A stretch of 64,000 bases of DNA from Botryllus schlosseri. Its lineage: Eukaryota. The notes below the pieces were generated by a model. The model did not search any database and was not told the origin of the DNA. It saw nothing but the letters and a program-made list of their open reading frames with translations. This document shows, in pieces, positions 11,473 to 21,179 of the stretch; position 1 is the first letter of the stretch, and each line of letters starts with the position of its first letter. The stretch is from contig CM119371.1 of assembly GCA_051294905.1 (NCBI GenBank), positions 38,194,001 through 38,258,000 of the forward strand, given 5' to 3'. Position numbers and translations under genes: made by a program.

Positions 11473-12478
11473 GTATTTCACGCCAGGGCTACCCGGTAGT
11501 TACCGCGGTGCATACGTATTCTCTAGAGGGCGGAATAGAACCAAAGTCAAGGAGTTTCTTTCGGGCAAGGACGCGTACACAAAACATTTTCCATATCGAA
11601 AGAAATTTAAGAGACCTAGAGTGATTACGTCCGGTCTTGGTGTTCAGTATCAAACCGATCTCATGCATATGCAAAACCTTTCAAAAGAAAACGATAATTT
11701 TAAATATGTGTTGGTGACGATCGATTGTTTCAGCCGATTTTTATATCTGTATCCGCTCAAGAACAAAACCTCGCAAGGTATTATTCGCGGATTCAAGGAA
11801 ATATTTAAGGAACGTATACCTCATGTTATTCAAAGTGATCAAGGTTCTGAGTTTACTAACCGTGCGTTTCAGACTTTCTTGAAAGAGAACAATGTGCGAC
11901 ATTTTCATACAAATAGTGAACTGAAAGCATCGATATGCGAGCGTGTTATTCGTACTGTGAAGCAAGTGTTATACCGTTATTTCACGCATAATAAGACTTT
12001 GAATTATGTCAGTGTCCTGTCTGAGATATGCCGGGGGTATAACACTACTTTTCACGTTGCTATAGGGTGTCCTCCAGCAGATGTTGATTATTCAAATCAA
12101 GAACAAATTTTCCACAGGTTATACGGTGACATGACCCCTAAAAAACCCAAACTAACTATCGGCACACCGGTCAGGATTTCGAAATCACGTGGTAATTTTG
12201 TAAAAAGTGCCTTGGCGAGTTGGACCGAAGAAATCTTTTTCGTATCTCAATGTCGTAAAGGTGACCCTCCTACTTATCAATTGAAAGACTACCATGGTGA
12301 AGTTATAGACGGTCGCTTTCAGGGTGAAGAGTTACAACCAATAACGAAAAATAATAATATTTACAATATCGAAAAAATCCTGTCTACTCGCAGGAAAGGA
12401 AAGAAAACGCAATATCTTGTAAAATGGTTGGGTTATCCGTCTACATTTAATTCTTGGGTCTCGGATTTGTATAAATAG
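11408..12478 (+). CDS. Retroviral-like DDE integrase (c-integrase) with C-terminal chromodomain
   Basis: YQTDL (D), IQSDQGSEF (D), ICERVIRT (E); YNIEKIL...YLVKWLGYPSTFNSWV chromodomain. Confidence 0.97.
   Translation: MPRRKAVVHPRPRDDTDGSHTKYFTPGLPGSYRGAYVFSRGRNRTKVKEFLSGKDAYTKHFPYRKKFKRPRVITSGLGVQYQTDLMHMQNLSKENDNFKYVLVTIDCFSRFLYLYPLKNKTSQGIIRGFKEIFKERIPHVIQSDQGSEFTNRAFQTFLKENNVRHFHTNSELKASICERVIRTVKQVLYRYFTHNKTLNYVSVLSEICRGYNTTFHVAIGCPPADVDYSNQEQIFHRLYGDMTPKKPKLTIGTPVRISKSRGNFVKSALASWTEEIFFVSQCRKGDPPTYQLKDYHGEVIDGRFQGEELQPITKNNNIYNIEKILSTRRKGKKTQYLVKWLGYPSTFNSWVSDLYK
12469..12478 (+). promoter_or_regulatory. TATA-like box GTATAAATAG overlapping the integrase stop
   Basis: Same decamer as 10694-10703; ATGs at 12488 and 12506 follow. 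Confidence 0.5.
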
Positions 12479-12487
12479 ACACCGAAA

Positions 12488-12721
12488 ATGTTGTTCAACC
12501 AAACTATGGATTCTGATTCCGTCTCATCTCGCATGGGCCAAGTCTCGAACAGTCTGAAAAACCAGATTGTGTTTATTGTACAGATTTGTATGTTAGTGTG
12601 TGTAATCGTGTTTTCCTTATATCAAATTTCTGTCGGGGTGGATCGTGAGATATATTTAACGCTACTGTCTTCTTCACTTGGGTATTTATTACCGAATCCA
12701 TCACCTCATCGTATATGTTGA
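12488..12721 (+). CDS. Small two-helix membrane protein of the Maverick
   Basis: Two hydrophobic segments ending LLSSSLGYLLPNP; fills the gap between integrase and minor capsid. Confidence 0.7.
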   Translation: MLFNQTMDSDSVSSRMGQVSNSLKNQIVFIVQICMLVCVIVFSLYQISVGVDREIYLTLLSSSLGYLLPNPSPHRIC

Positions 12722-12734
12722 AAGAAACAATAAA

Positions 12735-13565
12735 ATGTTGTTGACTCTACCTTCGAATGCGAGTTTGGATAAATTTCCGAATACTAGCACAGATTTTCAA
12801 ACGGAACTTTACAAAGAATTAGAAATGAATCGCCATGAGCTAGGATTATGTGAGCTGACCTTCCCCAATGATTTTCAACCGCGAATTGAAGTGACAGCGA
12901 AAAGTATCGGTTTTGGATTTGTCGATGCGAATGGATACACCGATCGGTATTATATTCCCGAAGGCTCGTATTACAGCATCGGTGAAATGTTAGAATCGTA
13001 CGAGAAATATTACATGGGGGACATTTTCATTTTACAAGGATTCGGAGACTTTAGAATCACATTCAGAAGATTAGTCACGAGTAAAAAAAGATACAAGCGG
13101 GGTGTACCCATAAATACCGATACCACAGACTCTAGCGTCAAACACATACCCCGTACCACGCATGATTCACCCGAGCCTTACGGACTGATACCACTTGGTT
13201 CTGTGTTGGACACAATAACATTTAGACGCGTTGTATCTCGTCGCCGCGGAGTGGTAGAATTTATATTTACACCCGCGATAAAGTTGGAACGGATTGATAA
13301 GGTTTATGTGTATTGTGATCTGATACAACCAAGACCACACGGTAACAAGCTGCAACAACTTTTACGGGTGGTTACTGTAACCGCTAAACCGAATGAAAAC
13401 CAAATCAACATATTCCCAAAACCATACTTCTTTGCTTTAGCGAAAAACAATTTTAGAACAATACGAATTTATCTACGTGATGCGGCTGGCAACCCTATTA
13501 AATTTCGAAAAGCACCAGTGACAGTGACCCTACGCTTCCGTCGTAGAGCTGTTGATTCAATATGA
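12735..13565 (+). CDS. Minor capsid (penton-like) protein 1
   Basis: LTLPSNAS..FPNT start; VYVYCDLIQP..GNKLQQLLRVV...PYFF...IRIYLRD..G.PI.F C-terminus; ATG at 12735. Confidence 0.88.
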   Translation: MLLTLPSNASLDKFPNTSTDFQTELYKELEMNRHELGLCELTFPNDFQPRIEVTAKSIGFGFVDANGYTDRYYIPEGSYYSIGEMLESYEKYYMGDIFILQGFGDFRITFRRLVTSKKRYKRGVPINTDTTDSSVKHIPRTTHDSPEPYGLIPLGSVLDTITFRRVVSRRRGVVEFIFTPAIKLERIDKVYVYCDLIQPRPHGNKLQQLLRVVTVTAKPNENQINIFPKPYFFALAKNNFRTIRIYLRDAAGNPIKFRKAPVTVTLRFRRRAVDSI

Positions 13566-14233
13566 GTTACATCACGTTATCTGGCACCCAAGGTGAATTC
13601 TCGGTGGTGTTACCGAATGAAATTATTTGTAATGAACTCGCATTGATGGATATGAGTTTTGTCAGTGAATCTCTTGATCGAATTATAATCAATCACGATC
13701 AAGCACTCTGGGAGCTACATAATGAGAAAGATCGAATAGTAGATGCGTACCTAACACCACTTGGGAATTATGCAAACAACCTCGAGTTGACGCGAAGAAT
13801 ATTAGCTGAAAGTTTCAAACACTGTTTCACCGAAAGAATCAACGATGAACTTTTCCGAATTCGTTACTCGAAACGTATCACACTCCACCCCACGGATATA
13901 TTCACGAATTATTTCAGTGTAGTTGATCAAGTGTCGACGCCAGTATGTAATGTCACGTCAATCAAACCTAAACCAACTCAATCCCACCTCAGATATCTTT
14001 TTGTGTATATCAATGTACTACGACATCATCCGGTGGGTGATTACATGAGTCAATTGCTTCGTGTGATCCAAGTAAATAACGAGACGTGTATGAGACAAGA
14101 AGTTGTATATGAAAAACCTTTTTATTTCCCAGTATCGATTAACCACATCCGCGATATAAAAATCACCATCCGGGATCAATACGGTCAGTTAGTGCATGAT
14201 ATAGAGACCACATTGACACTCCACGCACGATGA
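13562..14233 (+). CDS. Minor capsid (penton-like) protein 2
   Basis: ELALMD; YLFVYINV..HPVGDYMSQLLRVI...PFYFPV...IKITIRDQYG. Confidence 0.8.
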   Translation: MSYITLSGTQGEFSVVLPNEIICNELALMDMSFVSESLDRIIINHDQALWELHNEKDRIVDAYLTPLGNYANNLELTRRILAESFKHCFTERINDELFRIRYSKRITLHPTDIFTNYFSVVDQVSTPVCNVTSIKPKPTQSHLRYLFVYINVLRHHPVGDYMSQLLRVIQVNNETCMRQEVVYEKPFYFPVSINHIRDIKITIRDQYGQLVHDIETTLTLHAR

Positions 14234-14625
14234 AAATAGTGACGTTAACCACCTCTATGCTTGGTGTTGATTTTGAACACAGACTACTCACCATCAACAA
14301 CATCCCGACAAGATATTGTGAATTAGCCCTCATGGAGATCGATTTCACTTTAACCGAACCGGTGATTGGTCAATATTTGTTTGTGTATTGCGATATTATT
14401 CACCCTCACTTACTTGGAGATGTGTTAGCGCGTTTATTACGAGTTATACCGCTGACACCTGGTGATGTCACGCATAATTGGGTAGCGACAAATCCGTATT
14501 ATTTCCCTGTTTCAAAAGATGTTGTAGATTCTGTATGTCTTTACCTCAGGGATGAGTTTGGGGAACCTATAAATATAATAAGTCGTTCATTGCAAGCTAC
14601 ATTTAACATTAGGAAGCGATTATGA
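14230..14625 (+). CDS. Minor capsid (penton-like) protein 3, minimal core without central insert
   Basis: ELALME; YLFVYCDII.P.LLGDVLARLLRVI...PYYFPV...LYLRDEFGEPI. Confidence 0.8.
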   Translation: MKIVTLTTSMLGVDFEHRLLTINNIPTRYCELALMEIDFTLTEPVIGQYLFVYCDIIHPHLLGDVLARLLRVIPLTPGDVTHNWVATNPYYFPVSKDVVDSVCLYLRDEFGEPINIISRSLQATFNIRKRL

Positions 14626-14993
14626 AAGTTGTTTTCACGTGTGATCATCATTCTGTCCATCGTCATTATAACCAGACAGGTGATGGTTATGGATATTTTA
14701 GCGGTGGAGTTCAAGCCGGTTCCGGTATTGGGAGTTTGTTTAAATCACTCGGTCGTTTAGTGACACCTATTGCGAAATACGCCGGCGGTCAATTGTTACG
14801 GACTGGAGGTGAAATAGCGAGAGATCTATTACGGGGTAACTCGATCAAGTCTAGTGTTGTCAAGAGAAGTAAACAAGCTGGTGGTCGAGTGATTGATAAA
14901 ATTTTAACCCCAAAAGCTATAAAAAGGAAAAAAACAAAGTCAAAGAACACTTCATCCAAACGTCGTCGTAAACAACAGGATATATTCGACTAA
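14622..14993 (+). CDS. PW-like basic putative core protein
   Basis: YNQTGDG..F.G..QAGSGIGSLFKSLGR; K/R-rich tail ending DIFD; lies just before the major capsid gene. Confidence 0.85.
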   Translation: MKVVFTCDHHSVHRHYNQTGDGYGYFSGGVQAGSGIGSLFKSLGRLVTPIAKYAGGQLLRTGGEIARDLLRGNSIKSSVVKRSKQAGGRVIDKILTPKAIKRKKTKSKNTSSKRRRKQQDIFD

Positions 14994-14998
14994 GAACT

Positions 14999-16270
14999 AT
15001 GTTGATGCACGCAGGTTCCCGAGAATGTCATAACTCGGGATTAAACATATTTAGTATACCCCACACACAAACCAGTATTGAGGAATCGCAATATGTCGTC
15101 GTCAAACCCCATAGTTTAGGTAATGTCATGGAAGTACAATTACCAAGGACGGATCGATATATGGATCTACAAAACACGTTCTTGAGATTACGTTTGAAGC
15201 TCACTAAACGCGATGGAACTGATTTAGCAAACGATACACAAGTGGGCCTGGTCAATAACATGTTGGATTCTCTTTTCAAACAAATCGATGTAACTATTTC
15301 AAATGAGGTTATCACAAATTCGGATAATTGTCATGCGTACAAAGCTTATATCTCTCGGTTGTTGAATGATACTCACGAGGCCTCGGAGAGTTTTGTGCAA
15401 GGACAAGGTTTTTATAAAGATGTCGCTGGATCTATGGATGTTCTTGGTGCAGCGAATACTGGATATGTTAAACGAAAAGACCTTACAAAAAACAGCACTC
15501 CGTTAGAGTTGATCGGAAAAATTCGAATGGGTCTTTTTGAACAGTCTAGATGTATGTTGGATAATGTCGACATGAAATTAAAATTTACACGTAACGAAGA
15601 TAATTTCTGTCTGCTCGGTGATGCGGAAGATGTACAAATTGTTTTACTCGAAATGGAGGTGTATGTCAAACAGATGAAGATCGCTGAAAGTGTAAGCTTG
15701 GCACACAAGTCTGTATTACAGAAGAATACTGCAAAGTATCCCTGGATACGCTTACAAATGTCGACTCATACATTCGCGGCGGGCTTGTCGAAAATTGATA
15801 GAGAGTTAGTTAGCGGCACCATGCCAAAGAAGATCGTAATTGGTTTAGTTGAGACCACGACATTTAACGGTGTTCGGACCAAAAACCCATTCAACTTTAA
15901 ACACTTTGATGTTCAAAATCTTTCGTTAAGTGTGGATGGGCGTCAAATTAACGGACGCGAATTTCATTTCGATTTTGATAAACATGGCGGACTCGAAGGA
16001 TATATGGCACTATTCTCTCAGACAGGTCGCTGGGAATCCGAGGCACCTTTAAATATTTCACGCAAAGATTATGTCAATGGATACACTCTTTTTGTGTTTG
16101 ATTTGACGCCCGATAATAGTTTGGGATGTTATCAACTTCATAAGACAGGAACTGTGCATCTGGTTTTGACTACATCGAAGCCGTTACCAACCTCCGTAAC
16201 CTTGTTATGTTTGAAGGAGTTTCAACATCTTCTACAACTGAATCAAAAAAGACAAGTCGTCGAAATATGA
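14999..16270 (+). CDS. Major capsid protein (PY, double jelly-roll)
   Basis: LNIFSIPHTQTSIE, NNMLDSLFKQIDV, AYKAYI, PKKIVIGLV, NPFNFKHF, GYTLFVFDLTPD. Confidence 0.95.
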   Translation: MLMHAGSRECHNSGLNIFSIPHTQTSIEESQYVVVKPHSLGNVMEVQLPRTDRYMDLQNTFLRLRLKLTKRDGTDLANDTQVGLVNNMLDSLFKQIDVTISNEVITNSDNCHAYKAYISRLLNDTHEASESFVQGQGFYKDVAGSMDVLGAANTGYVKRKDLTKNSTPLELIGKIRMGLFEQSRCMLDNVDMKLKFTRNEDNFCLLGDAEDVQIVLLEMEVYVKQMKIAESVSLAHKSVLQKNTAKYPWIRLQMSTHTFAAGLSKIDRELVSGTMPKKIVIGLVETTTFNGVRTKNPFNFKHFDVQNLSLSVDGRQINGREFHFDFDKHGGLEGYMALFSQTGRWESEAPLNISRKDYVNGYTLFVFDLTPDNSLGCYQLHKTGTVHLVLTTSKPLPTSVTLLCLKEFQHLLQLNQKRQVVEI

Positions 16271-16710
16271 ATACGTCTGAGATCAATGATATTCTCTATA
16301 ACCATCCTGACACACGAAGTCTATATCTAGGAACTTATCCAGTAGACCAGTTACCAAAGAAACCAACTAGCGGAAAATTCGCTATCATCATTAATTACGA
16401 CGAGTCGAGTTTGCCTGGGTCTCACTGGGTGTGTATATACAGAGATGACGATACTCATTTTCATGATTCGCTAGGTTTCGGACCACTAAAACCTCGGATA
16501 TTCCAATTCCTGGAGTCGGATGAATTTTCTGTGACTGGGAAACAGCTACAGAGTAAAACTTCGGATGTGTGTGGAGATCATGCTATCGCATTCTTGATAA
16601 AAAGAGCTCAAGGGTTTTCAACCGAGGAATACTTGGATAATTTTGGTGATGATAAAAAAGTGAATGATACGATTGTACGTGCTTTTGTGAAGAGTTTGAT
16701 TTCAGAGTAA
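16267..16710 (+). CDS. Adenain-like cysteine (maturation) protease, 147 aa
   Basis: ATG overlaps the capsid stop (ATGA); MNTSEI, YPVDQLP, GSHW (His), HDSLG (Asp), QLQ...VCG (Gln, Cys). Confidence 0.95.
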   Translation: MNTSEINDILYNHPDTRSLYLGTYPVDQLPKKPTSGKFAIIINYDESSLPGSHWVCIYRDDDTHFHDSLGFGPLKPRIFQFLESDEFSVTGKQLQSKTSDVCGDHAIAFLIKRAQGFSTEEYLDNFGDDKKVNDTIVRAFVKSLISE

Positions 16711-17497
16711 TAAACGAATGTGTAAATGTGTATACTTGTGATTCTTGTTGCGACTGTGAACAGCAGACTATTCTATAGGTGCGAAACAGCGAATAAGTCG
16801 AAAGTATTATTCAGGTGGCAATCAATAGCGAGGAACACGATCGGTCATTTGACACGACTAAACTACATCATATATTATAATTTACGATCAAATTATTTCA
16901 CACTGACCGGTCTATAGTGTAATCATCGATAGTAGCGGCTGGACGAGAAACAATTCCGCACGCAGGTCATTCGAAATATAGGTCGCACTGCTTAATCCTC
17001 ACAACAAACCGCGTTTCCGTTTGTGCGGTTATTGTTGGTGACTCGTACATATTCAACACCACGCGAGAGATGTCTGAAAGTGCGAATCACGACCGCACCC
17101 ATAAGAACACATGGTGAATCACCACAGATACCGTAAGAATACACGACAGACACATTTATCGTCGTTAGCATGTCGCCGCACGTATACCAAAAACATTAGC
17201 ATGTCACCACGAGTTTCGCGTTATCATGCGACTGCACCCATAAGACGAAAACGTTAGCATGTCACCACGAGTTTCGCGTTATCATGCGACCGCACCCATA
17301 AGACGAAAACGTTAGCATGACACCCCCACCATAAGACGAAAACGTTAGCATGCCACCCCCACCATAAGACGAAAACGTTAGCATGCCACCCCCGCCATAA
17401 GACGAAAACGTTAGCATGCCACCCCCGGTTTCTCGTTAGCATGCCACCCCGCCCATAAGAGCCCCATAGCCCGTCACGACCGATCTATATAACTACT
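16275..17497 (-). repeat. Right terminal inverted repeat of the Maverick (1223 bp)
   Basis: Reverse complement of 2562-3784. Confidence 0.95.
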
Positions 17498-19373
17498 CTC
17501 GCGACAGGCTACTGTGCCCTTCTTTGCTTACTTTTTCCCGGTGCTTAGTGTGGTGGATCTGACTTATATTCCGAGGCATTTGCGAAATACTTTCGGAATC
17601 ATTTTGAAGATCAACGTAAACTCGCTTTCCTGTCCCGTATGTAACCTTTTCCTTTATCTTCTCAATAGTGCTGGGCGGAGTGCGGATGTAATTTTGAAAG
17701 TTCACAGAGCTGTTTCCGTGTGGACTGCAGTCCCCAGATATACCCTTGTACTCCACGATACACACATTACATGGATCCGATGGTCCGCTTTCAATCCAGC
17801 TTATACGTTTTTCGTAACCAGGGTTGTTCTTTGATTTAGCGTAGTATCGCCCAACCATGAGTACGTCACCTGGAGAAGGCTGCGGTGATAACGGCAAGTA
17901 CTCCTTCATTTTTAGGGTACAAATAGCACCCCTGTGGCACCGCGGCTTGTATACATACCTGAGTCGGTCCTCGGTCTTCAAGTAATATGAATATGTTTGC
18001 TTGGTTTTCGTCCAAGCTCCCATGTCATCATAAAATATGCGATGAATTTTAGCAGCCTTTCGAAGTATGTTTGTTTTAAAATCAACGATAATGTAACAAT
18101 TGTCTTTCCGTCCTGGAGGAATCTTCGAAAGGGCGTTTTTACAATCCATAATTTTTTTCACCACATCCTCAATTTTCAAAAACTCGTTAAAGGGCAGCTT
18201 CGTTTCATTGTTCAGCTCATTGTTCAGGTTAGGTAGAACTGATTTGGTTTTGTCTCCGTCAGCAACTTCTCCTATTTCAGAATTCATCTGTTCCCCATTC
18301 ATTTGGTCAATAGGCGAATCTTCACTTAGGATACTGCTTTCTAGGAGCGAATGCTGTTGTTTATTAGCATTCACATCGCCAAGTTCGCTCTTATGAAACG
18401 TTTTGAAGTCGTCTTGTTCGCGTATATTCGGCTTGTCAATGTCGTCTTTTTCGCGTACATTCGGCTTATCAATGTCGCTTTTCTGATCCTCCGATTTCAG
18501 TTTTGATTCGCATAAACTATTTGGATCACTTGAAATCAGATCGGTGATTTTGATGATTGGCACGAAGTGATTCGGTCGAAATGGATTGCTTGTCGTGGGC
18601 ACGGTAGTTTGTGTCCACATCAGAGTCGCAACTGGTATGGCAAATTTCGACACACCCCGGCCGCAACATTTGCGCGTGAACGGTTCTGTCAGGTATTCAT
18701 TTGCCAATGTTGACGGATAATATGAGCGAATCGCGGAGCCAAGGGCGGCACTCAATGCGTAAATATGCATCATCTCGGACCAATGCCCCGGAATGCTTGC
18801 TTTTTGTACCAGACTGGCATAAGGCGATGACACAATTCTAACGTCAGCTATAAGGTCAACAAATCCCTCTGCGTCTTCGTCATAATATTTCGGATGCTCA
18901 ATAATTTCGAGCGCGGTCAGAAGCCTCAAGCGCAAGTGGTGTTTCGCAGTGCCGTATAAGGCAAGCGACATTGCGCGGTAAAAACAATTCCCATCGCCAT
19001 CAACTCGCAAGGCCGTGTGATCCGTGGTGATGATATAATGAAACTGCTTCAAAATCATAAGTGAAACCTCATCCACTACTGCTGCCTCATTTGGCATGCT
19101 CCGATCAGGCTCGAGTACTTTATACAAACGAAGAATCCGTTTTATAGCTGTACAATGTTCCGGATTTGCTCTAATATGTTGCAATGCCCACTCATAATTG
19201 AATTCACCTTCGAAGAATATGCAACAACGACATATGAAAATCTGGATTTTCCGCTCATTGAAGCTACCGATCTTCGCACAAGAACAGTGAGAGTATCTGT
19301 TGCATTCGTAGCATTCGACGTACTCGTCGGACTTTAAACAATCAAGTCCGCAAACAGTACAAGGATGAGACAT
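17498..19373 (-). pseudogene. N-terminal half of MULE transposase: PHD finger, OTU-like (vertnin-like) cysteine protease and linker; ends at the Maverick junction
   Basis: CTVC...C..C..YSHC.C...CRCC PHD pattern; VDGDGNCFYRAMS and PNHFVPI OTU motifs; first ATG 19373 (frame open from 19562); the TAG stop comes from the Maverick end. Confidence 0.85.
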
Positions 19374-20737
19374 AATCCAAGACGAAAACGCAACGTTGTT
19401 GCGGAAAAAACAATGAGAATTGCTATCCTTTCCACTGTCCTTCGCTACCTCAAATGATGACCCCAATGGGATTGCTACGAGCGCTGCCGCGCGGGGAAAG
19501 TTGCAAATTTTGCACAATTTCTGAAGCGAGGGGACGTCACAATCAGGTTCTTTGATAAACACATGTTAACTCTGTGGTGACGTGGTGACGTTGCAACTCT
19601 ACCTCAAGTACACGTACAAATGTATCGATATGTGAATTACAAAATTAATGTTAGAGACAATTAGTCACACTTATCAGTGGTCACACTAACGTAGTAGGTT
19701 GGTATTAATGGTGTTTCTACAACTATAGGATGGTCATTGGTCATTTTACACCAGGCTGGTATTCGTTATTACGGTTCCTGATCCACCGACTATTATGGGT
19801 CGGGGCCTTTGCAAGACACCGTCTACGCGGATCGTACGAGCAGTACAAGCCCACACCCTAAACCAGAAACACTTGGGTAGGAATACTGGAACCGACTTGG
19901 GCCTGATTCGAACCCCCAACCAATTCGTTTTGCAGCTGCGGAGCTGTGAATAGGCTATATTCAAGCGAACTAAAGCGGAACTAGTCAAGTATATTCCGCG
20001 CTAGTTAAGCATTATTCTTGTCGGATATTATAATAAAAGATCACGAGCGTGAATGCGTTACGACTCGCTAGTCGATAGGCTATACCTTGCCCCTCCCTGT
20101 GAAATATTATAAAGCAGAAATGATACGTGAATATCCCAATTCAGCGCAGCAAATATATGCAATTACAAAGTAGTACATATCCGGACGTTTTCAACTTTAG
20201 TTTACTCATTGCTCATTATCAGGATGACAATGGTGCCGATGTCTCACTAGTACGTCATTTAGGTTTCGCAAAGGTAACGAAAAAGAAGTCTTCCCAATTT
20301 TGAAATTATGCGCAGAATGATTCAGTTCTAAAGAAAACGATCAATAATCTAAATTATAATCTGTCGATCATGATGTGAAGTTTATTTGTAAAATAAAAAT
20401 TACTGTCAAGCCCGCAACCAATATCCTCGCGAATTCGGTTTACCAGACATATCGCGTTCCGAAACGGGTTAATCCAGTTTTGTATGATGCGTTGATTGAT
20501 AGCAGGCATGCTGGAGCTTGTGAGACAATGCTGTTTTCAAATCCTCCTTGCCTTCCTAACTAATTACCATCAAGAAATGAACTCCCTTTGAAACGTCGTT
20601 GATGTTCAATGTTCATGTTCGTTCACGCTATCAAATTCAGTTTGCGAACATAACCGGCCACATTATCATGTTAGGCATGCTGGCACTTTAGCACCGAGTA
20701 GGCAGAAAAACTTCGTCAGAGATCACCGCTGTATGTA

Positions 20738-21001
20738 GTGGCGAGATAACGTAGTGGTATAATCCACAGCTGCAACACCAATGGGTTGTGGGTTCGAGTC
20801 CGACCGAGGTCGGCTCCAGAATTCCTACCTAGGACCTAGGTGCCATCTCATCCGTGTAAGCGGTGTCTTATAAAAGCCAAGAATGTGGGCCGTTGTACAA
20901 GTCGGCCGCTACGGAATAAAAATGTAGAAAATTGCCTGGTGTAAATGACCATGACCATGACCATAGTAGTCGAGACACACCATGAACACCCCAAAACAAA
21001 C
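20738..21001 (+). mobile_element. tRNA-derived SINE copy inside the MULE
   Basis: A-box-like TGGCGAGATAACGTAGTGG, B-box GGTTCGAGTCC (20791-20801); related copies at 42548 and 50162. Confidence 0.75.
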
Positions 21002-21179
21002 CTGTCGGTGCCGTCAAATCTTCCGGTTTGCAGGGTGCAGTTAGGTCTGAATTGGCACTATTGCAATCATAATTCAAAAATCCCTATTGAGAATCGAATA
21101 TCCAGATTCTAAACTTGGATTTAAAATTTCGGATTTGATACATCCAGAATCATATGAGCAAAATACTAATCTGGACTTA

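Larger units (their letters stand above)
2562..17497 (+). mobile_element. Maverick/Polinton element (14,936 bp), polymerase-defective
   Basis: Starts AGTAGTTATATAGATCGG and ends CCGATCTATATAACTACT; CTCGCG at 2556-2561 and 17498-17503; encodes ATPase, integrase, capsid and protease genes. Confidence 0.97.

Noticed and set aside
12678..12734. TTG-started extension of minor capsid 1
   Set aside because: Overlaps the membrane-protein ORF; ATG 12735 gives the typical LTLPSN start
16207..16266. N-terminal extension of the protease in the ORF track
   Set aside because: Overlaps the capsid CDS; ATG 16267 gives the typical MNT.EI start with an ATGA overlap
20738..20815. Functional tRNA-Cys gene
   Set aside because: No convincing acceptor stem, and it continues into a body shared with two other dispersed copies, so it is a SINE head
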